Origin: Candidatus Sericytochromatia bacterium | Lineage (GTDB): Bacteria > Cyanobacteriota > Sericytochromatia > S15B-MN24 > UBA4093 | Reading direction: 5' to 3' | Length of the DNA: 64,000 nucleotides | Assembly (NCBI GenBank): GCA_036676985.1 | Contig: JAKFBU010000039.1 | Location: 64,001 to 128,000, forward strand | Translations under genes and position numbers: made by a program | Notes under the pieces: model-generated | Databases searched by the model: none | Seen by the model: only the letters and a program-made list of their open reading frames with translations | Told to the model about the DNA's origin: nothing | Shown: positions 37,490-46,648 of the stretch, one piece after another | Layout of the letters: every line of letters starts with the position of its first letter | How positions within the stretch are numbered: position 1 is the first letter of the stretch

Positions 37490-38848
37490 ATGTCGACAGG
37501 CTCCCGGAATCTTGCCTCGGAGCCCCTGTCCAGCGCCCAGGGGGTTCTCCAGACCGCTCTCTACCAGGCGCAGCGCCGCTTGCGTTGGTGCCTCATGCAG
37601 CTGCGCGAAGCGGATCGTCGCGGGCTCCTGGCCCTCAGCGACGGCCTCCTCCTGTTTGTCGCGTGCTTTGGCGCCATGGCCTTTGCGGGCCTTCGTGACG
37701 CCGCCCTCCCGGCGGTCTTCTCGGCCGTCGGCATGGCGGCCCTCTACGCCTCGGATCAATACAACCTCCAAGCGCCCGAAGAGCGAGCCATCGGAAAGGC
37801 GATCGCCTTCGGAGCGCTCTGCACGCTCCTGGCGGCGTGGTCCGGGCACGATCCGCTCAAGCTCGCAGCGACGCTCGGCCTGGCGATCTGCCTGTCGCTC
37901 CTGATCGTGCTGTGGAGCCGGGCCCTGTGGATCCGGCTCCTCAGCCACCCCAGTTGCTCGCGCAAGACGATCCTGCTGTGCGATCGCCCCGAGTCCGAGG
38001 CGGCCCTCGCGGAGCTCGAGCAGCATCCGAGTGCCGGGTGGACCCCCATCGGCATCGGCGGCTCCTTGAGCCGGGCACATTCGGCGGACACCGTGCTAGC
38101 CGGGCCCTCGGCCATCCAGGAGCCCGAGTGGCTCTCGGCCATGCCGTCGGGCATCGAGACCCTGGATCTGCCTCGGCTCTTCGAGCGTCTCAGCAGGCGC
38201 GTCCCGGTCCGCTTTGTCGACGACCGCTGGTTCGTGGAGCAGTTCCCGTGGACCCGCGGCCTCGGCTACCACATCACCAAGCGGATGCTGGACATCGGCC
38301 TCAGCCTGCTCGGACTCTTGCTGGCAGCTCCCCTATTTCCCCTCATCGCCATCGCCAACCGGCTGGGCGACGGCGGCCCCCTCTTCTACTCCCAGCAGCG
38401 GGTGGGCCTCAACGACCAGACGTTCCGACTCTACAAGTTCCGGACCATGCGCACGGACGCCGAGAAGGAGGGGGCCATCTGGGCGAGCCAGGACGACGCT
38501 CGGGTCACGCGCCTGGGGCGCTTCTTGCGCCGGACCCGCCTGGACGAGATTCCCCAGCTCTGGAACGTGCTGGTGGGCCACATGAGCCTGGTGGGTCCGC
38601 GTCCCGAGCGACCCGAGTTCGTCGCCGAGCTCGAGCGCCAGATCCCGCACTACCCGCGCCGGCACTACGTCCTTCCGGGCGTCACCGGCTGGGCGCAGGT
38701 CCGGTTCCAGTACGGCTCGTCGGTGGACGACGCCGAGGAGAAGCTCAAGTACGACCTGTACTACCTCAAGCACCGCTCCCTGGTTTTCGACCTGCTCATC
38801 CTCGCCCGGACCGTCTCGGTCGTCCTGAACAAGACCGGCTCCCGCTAG
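37490..38848 (+). CDS. Priming polyprenyl-phosphate sugar phosphotransferase (WcaJ/WbaP family)
   Basis: KRMLDI, YKFRTM, LDEIPQLWNVLVGHMSLVGPRPERP and PGVTGWAQV motifs. Confidence 0.95.
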   Translation: MSTGSRNLASEPLSSAQGVLQTALYQAQRRLRWCLMQLREADRRGLLALSDGLLLFVACFGAMAFAGLRDAALPAVFSAVGMAALYASDQYNLQAPEERAIGKAIAFGALCTLLAAWSGHDPLKLAATLGLAICLSLLIVLWSRALWIRLLSHPSCSRKTILLCDRPESEAALAELEQHPSAGWTPIGIGGSLSRAHSADTVLAGPSAIQEPEWLSAMPSGIETLDLPRLFERLSRRVPVRFVDDRWFVEQFPWTRGLGYHITKRMLDIGLSLLGLLLAAPLFPLIAIANRLGDGGPLFYSQQRVGLNDQTFRLYKFRTMRTDAEKEGAIWASQDDARVTRLGRFLRRTRLDEIPQLWNVLVGHMSLVGPRPERPEFVAELERQIPHYPRRHYVLPGVTGWAQVRFQYGSSVDDAEEKLKYDLYYLKHRSLVFDLLILARTVSVVLNKTGSR

Positions 38849-38873
38849 CGCTGCGCAAGAAAGTAGGTGCCCC

Positions 38874-39629
38874 ATGATCGTGACCATCCACCAGCCCGAG
38901 CACCTGCCCTGGCTCGGGTACTTCCACAAGATGGCCCTGGCCGATCGCTACGTGGTCCTGGATGCCACCCAGTACCGGCACCAGTACTTCCAGAATCGCA
39001 ACCGCATCATCGGCAACTCCGAGCCCCTGTGGCTCACCGTCCCCATCCAGAAGCTCCGGACCCGCTACGGGCTCATCACCGAGCAGCTCATCGACCACTC
39101 CCACGCCTGGATCGACACCTACTGGAAGTCCATCGAGTACCAGTACCACCGCCATCCGTACTTCGACACCTACGGCCCGGAGCTCCGGGCCATCCTGAAG
39201 GCGGCCCCGGAGCACCTGGCCTCCCTCAACTACGCCCTCATCGACTTCTTCCGGCGCGCGCTCGCCATCGACACGCCGCTCGTGCTCGCCTCGAGCCTCG
39301 GGGTGCAGGGCCAAAAGACCGAGCTGATCCACGACCTCTGCCTCAAGACCGGGGCGACCGTTTACCTCTCGGGGCCGTCGGGCCGTGACTACCTGGACGA
39401 GACGCCTTTCCGACACTCGGGGATCGAGGTCTGGTACCACGACTTCCAGCACCCCCTCTACCCGCAGCGCAAGAAGAAAGCGTTCTTCTCGCACCTGTCG
39501 GCCCTGGACATGCTCATGAACTGCGGGCCGGACAGCCGCTACCTCCTGGGGCTGGACGACCTGGAGAGCGAGCGGGCGCGCTACCGGCAAGCCGGCGCCC
39601 GGCTCGCCCCGAGCCCGGTCGATTGCTAA
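38874..39629 (+). CDS. WbqC-family protein
   Basis: IHQPEHLPWLGYFHKM, FQNRNRI, YLSGPSGRDYL and LSALDML motifs. Confidence 0.92.
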   Translation: MIVTIHQPEHLPWLGYFHKMALADRYVVLDATQYRHQYFQNRNRIIGNSEPLWLTVPIQKLRTRYGLITEQLIDHSHAWIDTYWKSIEYQYHRHPYFDTYGPELRAILKAAPEHLASLNYALIDFFRRALAIDTPLVLASSLGVQGQKTELIHDLCLKTGATVYLSGPSGRDYLDETPFRHSGIEVWYHDFQHPLYPQRKKKAFFSHLSALDMLMNCGPDSRYLLGLDDLESERARYRQAGARLAPSPVDC

Positions 39630-39885
39630 CTTCTTTGGATAGAACGCCCAACCTCCAACCGGGCAAGCTGGCCTAAGATGATTGTGCTCCAAAGGAATCC
39701 GTCTCCTTTGGAGCACGCCAGCTACCTTGGCCCGTCGACCACCCTCCTCCGCCTTCGCCGGGGAGGCCTGGCACCGGCCCGAAGACCTTCCGCCAAACCG
39801 ACTTCCCCCTCCCTCGCCCAAGCACGGCTTGTTCGAGTTGCTGCCGCTTGCGCGCGGGGCTTGCCCCCTAGAAACGGAGGTTGCC

Positions 39886-40230
39886 ATGAACTCCCTCGAC
39901 ACGCTCACGCACACGCTGCCCGCCGCCTACGACAACACCTCGATCGCTTGCCGGCTGCTCGACCTCCTGCCGCTGTGCCTCGAGGCCGACGAGTGCTTCG
40001 AGCTGATGCTCTTGAGCAAGCTCTTCTTCACCCGAACGGGTGTCACCCGCGAGCAGTTCATGCAGGCCACCGAGCAGCGCCAGCGCACGGGGCTGAGCAT
40101 CGAGCACCTCCTGGTGCGCAACGGCCACTGCGAGATGAAGGACGCCCTGGCGGTCGTCGCCGAGCGCCGCCGGATCTTGCGCCTCATCCAGCAGGAGGCC
40201 GCCCCCTGGGATTTCGCGCCCCAGCCGTAG
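39886..40230 (+). CDS. Hypothetical protein (MshEN/GSPII_N-like helical repeat)
   Basis: GGAGG RBS; LSKLF..TGVTREQF.QA...Q...G..IEHLLVRNG pattern. Confidence 0.6.
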   Translation: MNSLDTLTHTLPAAYDNTSIACRLLDLLPLCLEADECFELMLLSKLFFTRTGVTREQFMQATEQRQRTGLSIEHLLVRNGHCEMKDALAVVAERRRILRLIQQEAAPWDFAPQP

Positions 40231-40302
40231 CCAGCGACGATCCCCTCGCCGTCGCGGCCAGCATCCGGACGGCCAATCGCTCCAGGAGCGGAAGGAGGGC
40301 CC

Positions 40303-40512
40303 ATGATTCCGACGGCGAACTGGTACTGCGTCAAGTGTTCACGCTTTGTCGACAACCGCTCGGCCATCTGCGACGTCTGCGGGCGGACCCGCGGCAGCGC
40401 CCGTTCCCGATCGGCTCAGGAAGAGCCCAGCCTCTACTGGATCCGCGTGACGCCGGGCAGTAAGTCCGAGCGCGCGAAGGCCCCCGACCGCCGGTCGATG
40501 CCGCCCCGCTGA
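40303..40512 (+). CDS. Small zinc-ribbon (RanBP2-like) protein
   Basis: GGAGG RBS; WYCVKC-x10-CDVCG. Confidence 0.6.
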   Translation: MIPTANWYCVKCSRFVDNRSAICDVCGRTRGSARSRSAQEEPSLYWIRVTPGSKSERAKAPDRRSMPPR

Positions 40513-40587
40513 CCCCTCGTCGCTCCGGGGGCCGAACGGCCTCCGTGCAGGCCTTGCAGCCGATCCACGACAGGAGGTAGCCATCCG

Positions 40588-41367
40588 ATGACCAAGCGCA
40601 TCCTGTTCCTGTTGGCCTTGTGCTCTCTTGCCGGGTGCCAATCGACCCTGGCGCCCACCGCACCATCAGCCGTCCAGTCGGACCCTTACCAAACCCAGCA
40701 CCAGCCATCCATCGGCCACCTCAAGCAGGCCCTCGATCGACACAAAGGAAAGTGGTACGACAAGCACGGCTTCGTGCTGGTGCCCGCCCTCGAGATCGCC
40801 CGCTTTCAACTGAGCGTCCGGCCCGATGCCCCTCCGGAGGCCTGGGACGCCGCGACCCTGACGCTGATTAGCCCAGATCCCCTGGTGCCGCCCGTTTCTA
40901 GGACGCTCTACCAGGGGTCCGATCTCCTGGCGCTCGATGGCTCCTTCCAGGCGGCTGACTCGAGCCTCCCGGAGCTCATGCCGGGCGACTACACCGTCAC
41001 CCTCAGCCTCTGGCGGGACGGCCCCGCCGGGACCCTGGTCGGCGAGGACCAACAGGACGTGACGCTGGTAAACGGCTCCAACACCCTCGAGCTCAAGCCC
41101 TCCACCCTTGCGACCCTCGGCCTCAAGGACTTCGCGCCCACCTCGGCCGCGCCCGGTGCGACCGTGAGCCTCGTCGGGCAGGGCTTCAGCGTCCTGCCGG
41201 CTCAGAACCTCGTCACCATCGGCGGATCGGCCGTCCCGGTCGTGAGCGCGTCGAGCACGCAGCTGGACGTCGTCGCGCCGAACCTCCCGCCCGGCAGCTA
41301 CGCCGTCTGGGTCCAGGTCGGAGGCGGCATGGTCGGAAGGCTCGGCTTCACGATAACGGCCCCCTGA
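40588..41367 (+). CDS. Lipoprotein with beta-sandwich and IPT/TIG domain
   Basis: Lipobox LAGC; FAPTSAAPGATVSLVGQGFS...ASSTQLDVVAP is an IPT pattern. Confidence 0.82.
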   Translation: MTKRILFLLALCSLAGCQSTLAPTAPSAVQSDPYQTQHQPSIGHLKQALDRHKGKWYDKHGFVLVPALEIARFQLSVRPDAPPEAWDAATLTLISPDPLVPPVSRTLYQGSDLLALDGSFQAADSSLPELMPGDYTVTLSLWRDGPAGTLVGEDQQDVTLVNGSNTLELKPSTLATLGLKDFAPTSAAPGATVSLVGQGFSVLPAQNLVTIGGSAVPVVSASSTQLDVVAPNLPPGSYAVWVQVGGGMVGRLGFTITAP

Positions 41368-41374
41368 CGCCCCG

Positions 41375-41416
41375 AACGACGTCGCCCCCGCCGGCATCGG
41401 CGGGGGCGACGTCGTT
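41375..41416. terminator. Perfect 19-bp hairpin, probable bidirectional terminator
   Basis: aacgacgtcgcccccgccg-gcat-cggcgggggcgacgtcgtt; between convergent genes. Confidence 0.8.
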
Positions 41417-41422
41417 TGGGGA

Positions 41423-43228
41423 CTAGCGGACGCGCTGGGCCTTGAGGTCGCCCGCGTTGGCGGCGTCCTGGTAGGCGACCATGGCCGTCCGACCGGCGGG
41501 GTCCACCCCTACGGCCGCAGGTCCCTGGTCGCCAGCACCGGAGGCGATCGCGAAGTTGGCGCCCCACCGGGTGCCGTCGCTGCCCACGTACTGCCCGTAG
41601 ACGTCCGGCGCACCGTTGCGGCCGTCGGTCCAGGTCACGAGGAACTTCTGGCGGTAGGGCTGGTAGGCGAGCCGGGGAGCGCCCTTCGTGCCCGGGCCGT
41701 CGCCCACCGTGAAGGTCGCACCGAGGGCACCCGCGGTGCTCACGCGCCGGGCGACGACCTGCTGGGGGCTCGCCTGGCTCACCCAGGCCACGAGGAACTC
41801 CCCGGTGCCGGTATCCACGGCGATCCGGGGCTCGGCCTGGGGAACGGTCTCGCTGGGCGTGAGGTCGAAGGGTCCAACGACCAATGCGGCCGCCGACGAG
41901 GAGATGAGGCCCTTGAGGCGCCGGACGCCCGAGCTGTCGTCCTCCCAGACCAGGAGCATGCGACCGGAGGCCGGATCGGTCGCGATGACGGGATTCTCCT
42001 GGTTGCCCGACCCGCCGCCCGCCAGCGCCGCGCTGCCCACGGGCAGGCCGTTCGCGGCGAAGCGCAGGCCGTAGACGTCGCTTGTGCCCGTGCGGTTCTC
42101 CGCCCAGACCACCGCGTACTGGCCGCTCGCGGGGTTGAAGGTGAGCCGCGGCTTGGACTGGGGGAAGGCCCCGGTTGCCAGCCCGAAGGTCGTCCCGCTC
42201 AAGGTGCCGTCGGCGTTGACGATCTGGCCCCGGACGTCGCCCGAGTTCACCGCGTCCTCGTAAACGACGGCGTACTGGCCGAGGGTCGAGTTGTAGGCCA
42301 CCTCGGGGTAGCGCTGGTGTCCTGCTCCGTCGGCGATCGTGATCTCCGAGCCGACGAGGCTCCCGGTCACGCCCACCCGCCGGGCGTAGAGGCCGTGGTC
42401 GGAGGCACCCAGGCGATCGTCCTGCCACGCGACGAGGTACTCGCCGGACCCAAGGGCGATCGCGGGGGTCAGCTGGCTGGAGGCGAGGCTCACCCAGGAG
42501 AGGGCCGAGCCCATGAGGCCCAGCAGGGAGAAGCCCGTTCGGCCCGCGAGGGACGAACCCACCTGCAGCTGCCAGCTGGCGATCGACGCGGGGACGTCGG
42601 GCACGGTGGTCGTCAAGGAGCCGCTCGCGGCCGCGCTCACGGTCGCCGAGACGCCGCCCAGGGAGAGCAGATCCTGGCCGGGAAGGACGCTGATGCCCTG
42701 GCCCGACAAGGTGACGGTGTCGCCCACGAAGCCGTAGGCGGGCGAGAAGCCGGCAAGTCCGAGGGCGGGGTACACCTCGATGGGCACGGTCACGGCATTG
42801 GGACCGGCCGCCAGATCGAGGGTCAACGCCTTCTCGCCGACGAGCATGCCCGCGCTCCACAGGCTCACGGTGAGCGTGTAGCCCGGCGCCGGGCGCAACA
42901 GCCCGAAGGCCCCGGTGGCCGTGTAGCCGCCGGAGCCGTTGGGCGTGAGCTGGACGCCTTTGGTGAGGCTCTGAACCCGAGGGGATGACAGCGCGGTCGG
43001 ATGCGTCAGGTGCAGCGTGGCGGTGTCCCAGCTCGCGGGAAGCGCCTGGACGCTGCGCTCGGCGGCACTGATGGCGACCGAGAGGCTCAAGGTGCCCGCG
43101 ACGTCTCGCGTCAGGCTAAGCTCCCTATCGGGCAGGCGCTCGATCGCAGGGAGCTGCAGGACCGCGGGAGGCTGGCAACCTGCCAGCCCCACCACCGTCA
43201 GCCCCAAGAGCCAATGCGGCCTGGCCAT
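41423..43228 (-). CDS. Lipoprotein: beta-sandwich + IPT + C-terminal beta-propeller-like repeats (putative adhesin)
   Basis: Lipobox LAGC; six Q..P.(I/V)A...(Y/F)LV.W.D repeats. Confidence 0.82.
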   Translation of the reverse strand: MARPHWLLGLTVVGLAGCQPPAVLQLPAIERLPDRELSLTRDVAGTLSLSVAISAAERSVQALPASWDTATLHLTHPTALSSPRVQSLTKGVQLTPNGSGGYTATGAFGLLRPAPGYTLTVSLWSAGMLVGEKALTLDLAAGPNAVTVPIEVYPALGLAGFSPAYGFVGDTVTLSGQGISVLPGQDLLSLGGVSATVSAAASGSLTTTVPDVPASIASWQLQVGSSLAGRTGFSLLGLMGSALSWVSLASSQLTPAIALGSGEYLVAWQDDRLGASDHGLYARRVGVTGSLVGSEITIADGAGHQRYPEVAYNSTLGQYAVVYEDAVNSGDVRGQIVNADGTLSGTTFGLATGAFPQSKPRLTFNPASGQYAVVWAENRTGTSDVYGLRFAANGLPVGSAALAGGGSGNQENPVIATDPASGRMLLVWEDDSSGVRRLKGLISSSAAALVVGPFDLTPSETVPQAEPRIAVDTGTGEFLVAWVSQASPQQVVARRVSTAGALGATFTVGDGPGTKGAPRLAYQPYRQKFLVTWTDGRNGAPDVYGQYVGSDGTRWGANFAIASGAGDQGPAAVGVDPAGRTAMVAYQDAANAGDLKAQRVR

Positions 43229-43237
43229 GCGGACCTC

Positions 43238-44380
43238 CTAGTCGACCGTCAGGTTGATGGACGCCGGCTGGACCACGGCCAGGGGCTGGGTCCGGATCCG
43301 GATCAGGTTGTGGCTGTAGGTGTTGTCGTAGTAGCGGTAGATGAGGCGGTAGTTCTCGGAGAGCGCGGTCTCGTCGGCAAACGCGAAGGGGAAGTCGCCC
43401 GAGATGGTGTTCCAGTTGAACGTGCCCGCGAACGTGCCCGAGCCGGTGCGGGTCGCCGCGCCGCGCGCGGGCCAGGTGGCTCCGTCGCCCGAGTCGGCGA
43501 GGCTCGCCCAGGTCACGCCTCGAACGGGCTCGTTGTTGGCGCGCACCCAGTCGGTCAGCAAGGTCTCGCCAGCCAGGAGGTTGGCGCCGGTGGGCGAGAC
43601 GGTGCTGCGGGCGTAGCTCACCACCACCCGGCTCAAAACGCCGGGATCCAGGTCGCCGACCACCGAAACGGTGGAGCCGCCCGCGGTCACGCTCGCCCCG
43701 CCGTTGGCCGAGGAGTCGGCGAGCAGGGGATCCAGTACCAGCGTGTCGCCCGCCACGATGACCGGGGTGCCGGCGGGCCCGCCCAGGGTGCTGTTGTTGT
43801 TGGTGGCCGACGAGCGGATGAAGCCCGTCGTGTCGCTCACGGTGGTGTTGAGCTCCGTGCCGCCCGAGGCCCCCGTGCCGTCCGTGGTCTTCATGGTGAC
43901 GGTGAGCGCGGTGCTCGAGCCGCCGTTGAGCAGGAGGTTGGTCGTGTGGACCGCGACGCTCGTGCCCGTCCCGTTGGCACCCGAGAAGAGGGTGACCTGG
44001 AAGACGTAGTTGCCCGGGCGCAGGTTGGTGAAGGCCGCGGCGTTGGTGGACGAGTTGCCGGCGCCGTCCGTGAAGCCGGTCGCCCGGTTGATGGTCGCGA
44101 CCCGGTCCTGAGTGAGCTTGGCGGTGGCGTCCGACGAGTGAAGGCGCACCACCGCGCTGTCCCACGACGCAGGAAGGGCCTGGGCCCGGTAGCCGGTGGC
44201 GCGGGTCCGGTCGATGAGCGCCACCCGGACGAACGCCGGCTCGAGCGCCGCATCGCCGGAGAGCATCGTGAGCTTGAGCGGGGAGGTGCCCGCGGGCCCG
44301 GGAAACAGCGGCAAGGAGGCGCTGCATCCGCCCAACATCACAGAGAGGGAAATAGGCACGACGATGCGGGAGGATCTCAT
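43238..44380 (-). CDS. Ser/Thr/Gly-rich beta-strand lipoprotein (putative pilin-like subunit)
   Basis: AAAGGAG RBS, lipobox LGGC, YRAQALPASWD motif. Confidence 0.8.
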   Translation of the reverse strand: MRSSRIVVPISLSVMLGGCSASLPLFPGPAGTSPLKLTMLSGDAALEPAFVRVALIDRTRATGYRAQALPASWDSAVVRLHSSDATAKLTQDRVATINRATGFTDGAGNSSTNAAAFTNLRPGNYVFQVTLFSGANGTGTSVAVHTTNLLLNGGSSTALTVTMKTTDGTGASGGTELNTTVSDTTGFIRSSATNNNSTLGGPAGTPVIVAGDTLVLDPLLADSSANGGASVTAGGSTVSVVGDLDPGVLSRVVVSYARSTVSPTGANLLAGETLLTDWVRANNEPVRGVTWASLADSGDGATWPARGAATRTGSGTFAGTFNWNTISGDFPFAFADETALSENYRLIYRYYDNTYSHNLIRIRTQPLAVVQPASINLTVD

Positions 44381-44423
44381 GGCGTGATCTCCTTTCAAGT
44401 AGCGCGATGGGGGTCGCGTTCGG

Positions 44424-44843
44424 TTATTCGAGGATGAGCTGGAACTGGCCCTCGTCCGTGGTCAGGGACAGGCGGATGCGGGCCGCGACGGTGGCACCGG
44501 CCACGATGGTCACCGGCGAGCTGCCGGCTGCCACCACCTCACCCTCGGCGCTGTAGGCCTTGACCACGACGGTCTTGTCGCCAGCGGGCACGCCGGTGAA
44601 GTGGGCTTGGGTCTGCTCCGGGGTAAGAGAGGCCGAGAGGACGGAACCCTTGGGGATCCCCTCGCCGCTGACGCGGATCTCGATCCGGTCGGTGGTGTCG
44701 GGGATGGCCTGGACGGCCCGAGCCGGGAAGCGAGCCCGCATGATCAGCTCGCCATCGGTCCAGTCGGGCGTGGCCGGGTAGTAGGTACACCCCGTCACGC
44801 CCAAGATATTCAAGCTGATCATGAGTAGCGCGATCCGTTTCAT
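44424..44843 (-). CDS. Small single-domain lipoprotein related to its neighbours
   Basis: GGAGG RBS, lipobox VTGC, RAVQAIP motif. Confidence 0.8.
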   Translation of the reverse strand: MKRIALLMISLNILGVTGCTYYPATPDWTDGELIMRARFPARAVQAIPDTTDRIEIRVSGEGIPKGSVLSASLTPEQTQAHFTGVPAGDKTVVVKAYSAEGEVVAAGSSPVTIVAGATVAARIRLSLTTDEGQFQLILE

Positions 44844-44954
44844 CGGGAACCCTCCCTTGACCGCTATTAAAGATCGATTCGCTTAACAATTCAACATATA
44901 TTTTTGTGAAGATTCGACGCAAAGCGTTGGTCATTCCTCACAGGGGCGCAGCGC

Positions 44955-46160
44955 CTAGAAGTGAGCCTGGAGGTAGGGGCCGCCTTCGGTGAACCAAGAG
45001 AACGTTTCGGGTGATTGCTGCGTTCCCACAAGGGCCCGGACGCCGACGCGCAGACCGGGCGCAAGCTCCTGCTCGAGCGCGGAGTAGGCATAGGCACGGT
45101 AGGTGGGCTTCGAGACGATCATGGGGTCCACCCGCTGCACGGTGCCCTGGACCTGGACGTCGGTGGAGGCGAGCTTGACCTGATAGCCGAGGCGCAGGGT
45201 CTGGCCGTAGTAGCTGTTTCGCAGGGCCCGGGCATCCAAGCGCTCGGCCGAGAGCGTGCCGTACCACGTGCCGTTGGCGAACCCCCGGCCGTAGGTGCCG
45301 AGGCCGCCATACAGGTCGGTGTCGAGGAAGCTCAAGGTCTGGAAGGCGTTGGCCGCGCTCACCATCATGGCCCCGCCCTCGAAGACGTGCAGCCATGGGG
45401 TGAGCGGGTGGCTGAGGGCCATGGAGGTCACGAGGCTGCCGTAGTCGAAGCGCGAGTCGGCGAAACGCAGCGTCTGCTGCTCGATGTGGCCGAGCAGGAA
45501 GCCCCTCAGCATGGGCTGGTGGCTCTGGTGGGTGCCCTGGTAGCTCAGACGGGCTCCGCCGAGCGACGGGCCGCGCCCGAAATGGGCGACGTTGCTCGTC
45601 AGCAGCATCTGGGACATGGCCCGCCAGCGCCAGGCCTTCGGGCTCTCGGTCGCAAGGCCGTACGTGGCCTCTCGAGCGCTCGCCGCATAGGGCGCGGCCT
45701 GGTAACGCGCGGCGAAGGGCGGAGCGGCCGGTCGGGCAGTCGGAACCCGCATGCGCACCACCTGGGCCGAGGGTTTCAGCTTGACGCGATAGGTCTTGCC
45801 GACCATCCGCCATGAGGAGAACGGCGAGCCCTTGTGACCCTCCAGCTGCAAGGCCAGGCGCACCCATTTCTTGTCGAGCTGGTTGATGACGAGGCCCGCG
45901 ATGGGTCCGTCGGGCATGTCGCGCAAGGTGAAGTCGCCGACAAAGCGCGCGTTGCGGAAGTCGATGACCCAGGCCCCGAGATCCTTGCGGTAGCAGCTCA
46001 GGGGCGTGATGGGCCCCTTGGCCTCCAGGACGAGCTCGCGAGTGGCCGGATCGTAGCGGAGACGGTCAAGCTCGGTCAGCGCCAGCGAAGCGCTGGCGCC
46101 GACGGCTTCGACCCCCACGAGCAGGAGGCCGATCACTAGGACTTGCGAGGTGCGCTTCAT
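44955..46160 (-). CDS. AMIN-like domain plus C-terminal outer-membrane beta-barrel protein
   Basis: Signal peptide; WVIDFRNA and INQLDKKWVRLALQL are AMIN-like; amphipathic strands ending YLQAHF. Confidence 0.7.
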   Translation of the reverse strand: MKRTSQVLVIGLLLVGVEAVGASASLALTELDRLRYDPATRELVLEAKGPITPLSCYRKDLGAWVIDFRNARFVGDFTLRDMPDGPIAGLVINQLDKKWVRLALQLEGHKGSPFSSWRMVGKTYRVKLKPSAQVVRMRVPTARPAAPPFAARYQAAPYAASAREATYGLATESPKAWRWRAMSQMLLTSNVAHFGRGPSLGGARLSYQGTHQSHQPMLRGFLLGHIEQQTLRFADSRFDYGSLVTSMALSHPLTPWLHVFEGGAMMVSAANAFQTLSFLDTDLYGGLGTYGRGFANGTWYGTLSAERLDARALRNSYYGQTLRLGYQVKLASTDVQVQGTVQRVDPMIVSKPTYRAYAYSALEQELAPGLRVGVRALVGTQQSPETFSWFTEGGPYLQAHF

Positions 46161-46187
46161 ATCGCCCTCCGCGCTGCGGGTCCGACG

Positions 46188-46463
46188 CTACTCGACCTCG
46201 ACTCCCAGCCCCCCGATGATGGGGGCCGGCACCGCGTACTGGAGATCCGTGAAGACCTCGGCCGGCAGGAACGGGGGCTGCGCGAGCTCGCGCATCAAGG
46301 CCTCCTGGCTCTGCTCGGCAGGAGACAGCGAGGCAGTGGCCACCCGGGCCTTCGGGGCCTCGAGCGGCTCGGCTCGGAGCGACGGGGCGTACGCCAGGAG
46401 CACCGCCCCCAGTCCCACGGCAGCCCAGCGTGCCAGCAATCCGTCCTTCGTCTCTCTGTCCAC
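46188..46463 (-). CDS. Small exported hypothetical protein
   Basis: GTG start with GGAGG-like RBS; signal-like segment; upstream of the barrel gene. Confidence 0.55.
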   Translation of the reverse strand: MDRETKDGLLARWAAVGLGAVLLAYAPSLRAEPLEAPKARVATASLSPAEQSQEALMRELAQPPFLPAEVFTDLQYAVPAPIIGGLGVEVE

Positions 46464-46648
46464 CCTCCACCCCCTCGGCTGAAATTTGTTAAAAGTTACG
46501 AAGATATGTAAAGCACTGTAACAAGGATCGGCCCGCATGACAAGTAAGGGATCGGGAGGAAAGCTTTAACGAAGCTTGAAAGTGACTTAAGAATCATCCA
46601 CCTTAACAGCCCGATAACACCCGTGTTCCCCTCTGGAAGGAGAGAGCC

